A DNA stretch of 60,000 nt from Felis catus. Taxonomy: Eukaryota. Made by a program: the position numbers and the translations under genes. Location of the stretch: contig NC_058369.1 in NCBI RefSeq assembly GCF_018350175.1, forward strand, positions 188,001 to 248,000. The letters are read 5' to 3'. The stretch's first letter is position 1, and every line of letters starts with the position of its first letter. Positions 55,996 through 60,000 of this stretch are shown here, piece by piece. Below the pieces are notes generated by a model. The model did not search any database, was not told the DNA's origin, and saw nothing but the letters and a program-made list of their open reading frames with translations.

Positions 55996-57249
55996 CTGCG
56001 GAGGAGAGGGCGGGTGAGTGCGATCTCGGGGGTCCCGGCCCCCATGCTGTGTCAGCCGTGCCTGTGGGGTCACCGGACACCCCCACCTCATGCCACAGCG
56101 AGCGGCTCCAGGCACATCGGTGAAACTGCTCAGGCCCAGAGTCCGATTGGGCACAGACCTGCCGGGTCTCTGAGATGTCTGAGAGGCGGGCGCCCTTCAT
56201 CCGAGGCCACCACCTCTGTGTGGTGATGACCGCAGCCACCTCGACCTGCCCCTCGTGCAGGCGAGGCCTGAGCCCCCAGGTGAGCTCCTGCCGTGCCAAA
56301 GTCCATCAGCCCACGCTCCTCAGGGTGACAAAACTTTCCGAGCTTCAAGGCCTCCACTCAGCCACACCAGCTGTTGAAGGCTCTGAAGAAGCCTGTACCA
56401 AACGGGCCAGCTGATGCGGGCCCACCTAGCAGTTCCCGACTTGTGCAGACGTGAGACGTGAGAACATTCCGTGAGAGACTCTCCTTTTGCATATAAAGGC
56501 ACCCGCCCCGAGCTCCTGAGAAGGTTGCAGGAGGGACTGTGGGGTCACAGGACTATCGAGGCCTCAGTAGCTCAGCTCCCAGGAAGGCGGCCGCTGAGGA
56601 CTGGAAGCGCCACCTGAGCAAAGGGACCCGCCCGCGGGTGTCCCGTGGCGGCATCTCTGGAACATTCCTGCAATCCCAGCGCAGGGCCTGTGACCCCAGG
56701 CTGCAGTGTGACCCCACCCCCATTGGCCATGCCCCCTCCAAGCCCAGCCACTCCCGCCCCAGCCAGGCCCGCCAGTCAGATGGGGGAGGTGTAATGTCCC
56801 GAGTGGAGGACGGGCCCCAGGGGCCGCAAGGCATGGAAACACCAAAACCAAACATGTGGGTTGGGGGCTCGCACGAGTGTCCAAAAGCCACCCAGACAGG
56901 AAGACACAGACGTGAGTGCAAGCTGTGCTTCTACCTAAGGTGACGTTTTGGAAGCACTGTCCCCGCGTGCCGAGTGGGAGACACAGAGGGGATGCAGACT
57001 CTGTCAAGGAGGGGGCCGCCAATGGCCCCACGTGAGCCACAGGCACCGGTGGCTCAGCGGGCACGGGCCTCCCTGTGGACACCCAGCGGGAGTGCCAGGC
57101 ACCTCCACCAGGGCAGTGGGTGCCACCACAGCACGCGCCACGTCCCCCCCCCACCCCGCCACCAAAAGCAAAGGGGGGGTGGGGTCAAAGAACACACTGT
57201 CTGAGCCGACTGGGGAGGACAGGAAGGAACTGCACCCGCCATAGGAGCT

Positions 57250-58075
57250 GAGATCCAGAATACAGAGCTCTAACGCTTCAATGCCAAAAACACAAACAAC
57301 CCGGCTAAAAAATGACCAAAGAATTAAAACAGTTCTCCAAAGACACACAAAGGGCGACAAACCAGCAGAGAGCCGCTCGACACCGTCAGGCAACGAGCAA
57401 ACGCAAACCGAAACCCGTGAGACACCACCTCCCGGCCGGCCGCCGGGACCGCGACACTCAGCCGGCTAGGCTAAGCGTCAGCGGAAGTGGAGGAACCGGA
57501 ACCCCCGGCTGGCGGTGGGGATGAGAAGCGGGGCGGTCTGTCTGGAAGACAGGCCCGCGGTCAGTTCCTCGTCAGGTCAACCCCAGGGTCACCACACGAC
57601 CCCGCGACCCCACTGCCGGGTCCACACCCGAGAGACACGAACACTCACGTCCACGCAACCCCCACCCGCACGCCCACACATGACCACGTCCCCCGCGCAC
57701 GCGCACAGACGACCGTGTCCACCGCACAGGCACACATCCCTCGGCCGCGAGAAGGGGCGAAGTGCCCACCCCCGCTGCCCCGCGGACCAACCCTGAACGC
57801 ACGACACTCAGGGAGGGAACCCGACACGAGAGGCCCCACGGGGTGTGAGTCCACGTGTGTGAAACGTCCGGAACACGCTCGTCCACGGACGGAAGGGGGT
57901 TCGTGGGGGCCGGGGGAGGGGAGGGGGAGTGAGGGTGAATGCTAACGGGGACAGGGCTTCCTTTTAGGGTGAGGGAATGTTCTGGAAGGAGATAGCAGTG
58001 GTGGGTGCAGGGCTCCGAGCGTATGGAAAACACTGACATGCACACTGTGAACAGGTGAGTTGTATCTCAACAGAG
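57250..58075 (+). mobile_element. Old L1M ORF2 end / 3' UTR with GC-rich core, in RNF126 intron 1
   Basis: atccagaata...aaacaacccg...ttctccaaaga; ends gtgagttgtatctcaa. Confidence 0.72.
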
Positions 58076-60000
58076 CCGTCAGAAGGCACAGCGAGGACAG
58101 TGACCCCTGCCCTCCCAAGTGGGGACACAGGGGGCAACGGGCAGCTCGGCTCCACAGTGAACGACCAACCCTCGGACTGTTGGCTGCAGTGGAAGACGGC
58201 CGCGTGAAGCTCTGTGGACGGGCCAGGGCTCTCACGGCCTGGTGCAGCCCCCAGGGGAGAGAGGGCCGCGGACACGGGCCAGTGTGGCTGCAGGTGGCTG
58301 CGACGGCCTCGGTTAGGACGCTGGCAATCAAGCCCTTAGCGTGGCCATGTCACAGACGACAGCAGGCGTCTGCTCGGGGCTCCCCTCGGCTCGGGGCCGG
58401 CGGCAAGGTCCAGGCTCTCTCTGGGCCCTGGTGGAGCCCGCCGCCACCACACCTGCCCTACGGGGGAGACGGGAATCAGAAGCGCGCCCGCCCTCTCCAG
58501 CCAGGATGGGGGTGGGGGGGCCTGGGTGAGAAGCTGTCCCTCCCCCTCCTCTCCTCTGAGCACGCCGCCCGCCCCCAGTCTCCACGCTCCCCTGGGCAAG
58601 CCTGGAAGAGCCAGGGCAGGACCGGTGAGCCAGGCGGCCTCAGCCTCAGCCTCAGCCTGACCTGCTAGAAACAGGCAACCTCTTCTGCGACCAAGGCCGG
58701 GTGCCATTTCTGAGCGTCACCTTGGAGCCCCATCCCACGCGGCGCACAAGAACCTCATCGAACTACCTGCTCTGCGCTCTCCTCCCCTGCGGTGGGCTCA
58801 GAACAAGCTGGCCCGCCACTCCCGCTTCCCTGCCCCATCCAGGCCACCGCCACCTGCCCTCTCTTCTCAGGGCCTGCACGCCATCCCCTCTGCCGGAGCA
58901 TTCTCCCCCAGATAGCTACCTGGCTTGCCCCCTCTTGGAAGTCGGGTCTCTGCTCAAACGTCACATCCTGGCTGCAAGCCTCGGTCTCCCCACCTGTAAA
59001 CGGAGGATGGCCTCAACCCTAGGGCTCTGAAATCCAGCAGCCACTGAGGACCAGAGGGCTATGGCTCAACAGCTGGCTGCGGTCAGGGCCCTGCCTCCAC
59101 ACTCTCCATCCCCATGCGAGCCCCACGCTAAGTCCAGATCGGCCTGACCATGGGCCACCTGACACCTGGCATTTCAGGAGTGGGCTGCAGCTTCTGCTTG
59201 TATGCAGCAGGGAAGGGACCAGATCTGGGGGTGCCCCAGTGCTCTCCTCCTCCACGGGCACACCCCACCGGTTCCTGTTAAATCAGACTAGCCAGTAACG
59301 GCCATCTGCATCCAAGCGAGGAGACGCTGGGATGGATGTCTGCCACCCACAGGGCAGAGCCCAGGTCCAGGTGGTGACAGCCCCACTTCCCAGGTGGGGG
59401 TCAGCCGGCGCTCGCTGGCCCTAACTTGTGAGCGCCTGTCTCTGATGGCTCCTCACCGTGAATCAGTTACCTCTCCCCCTAGGAGGAGGAGAGGGAATGA
59501 AGGGGACCACCCCAGCATCATCAGCAACGGCGGTGGCCAGAACACCAACGACAGGAGAGACAGACGCGAAATTCACTGAGCGCTCGCTCTCTGTGCTCGG
59601 TCTCTATGCCGTGCCTAAGAGGTGCAATTCAGCCCCTCCTCGGTGACGAGGCGGACCCGGGGGCTCAGACCAGGGAGTAGCCTGCCCAGGTCTCCCAGGG
59701 TCAGCCAGGGCAGCCCTGGGGGACAGGCGCCACTCTTCACTCAGGCACTCCTTCACACCACAGCCAGGCAAGCGTGATTAAATCAGGGAAACTCGGGCGG
59801 GGGGGAGAGAGGTGGCTGGCCCCACGGGATCGCCTGCTGTACAGTGACCTCGGCCTCCGTGGGCCCCGGCCCCTCAAGGCCCCTCCAGGAGAGGCAGAAC
59901 CCAAGCGTAGCGCTGCGTTGAAGGAACATGGACTCAGCCCCAGACACAGACGTGATGGGACACCCAGGCCCCTGCTGCCGGTGCTCCCAGCCTGTGCCCC

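Overview
GC-rich mammalian genomic DNA, not prokaryotic. Abundant tRNA-derived CAN-SINEs (SINEC_Fc-like) point to a carnivore, probably a felid. Gene order matches human 19p13.3: probable BSG 3' UTR end (+); complete HCN2 (+, 8 exons, 895 aa); complete POLRMT (-, 21 exons, 1226 aa, tail-to-tail with HCN2); complete FGF22 (+, 3 exons, 170 aa); and RNF126 exons 2-9 (-, exon 1 outside the window). Exon boundaries were read from splice signals and sum in frame. I found no new gene system. The most unusual local structures are two tandem repeats in POLRMT that copy splice sites (nine copies of the exon-8 donor, whose native site is GC rather than GT, and three copies of the exon-6 acceptor), three old L1 3' ends sharing one GC/CpG-rich core, an inverted duplication in FGF22 intron 1, and L2-tail-like degenerate arrays in HCN2 introns. 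Comparisons with human or mouse sequences and repeat-family names are from memory and need database confirmation.
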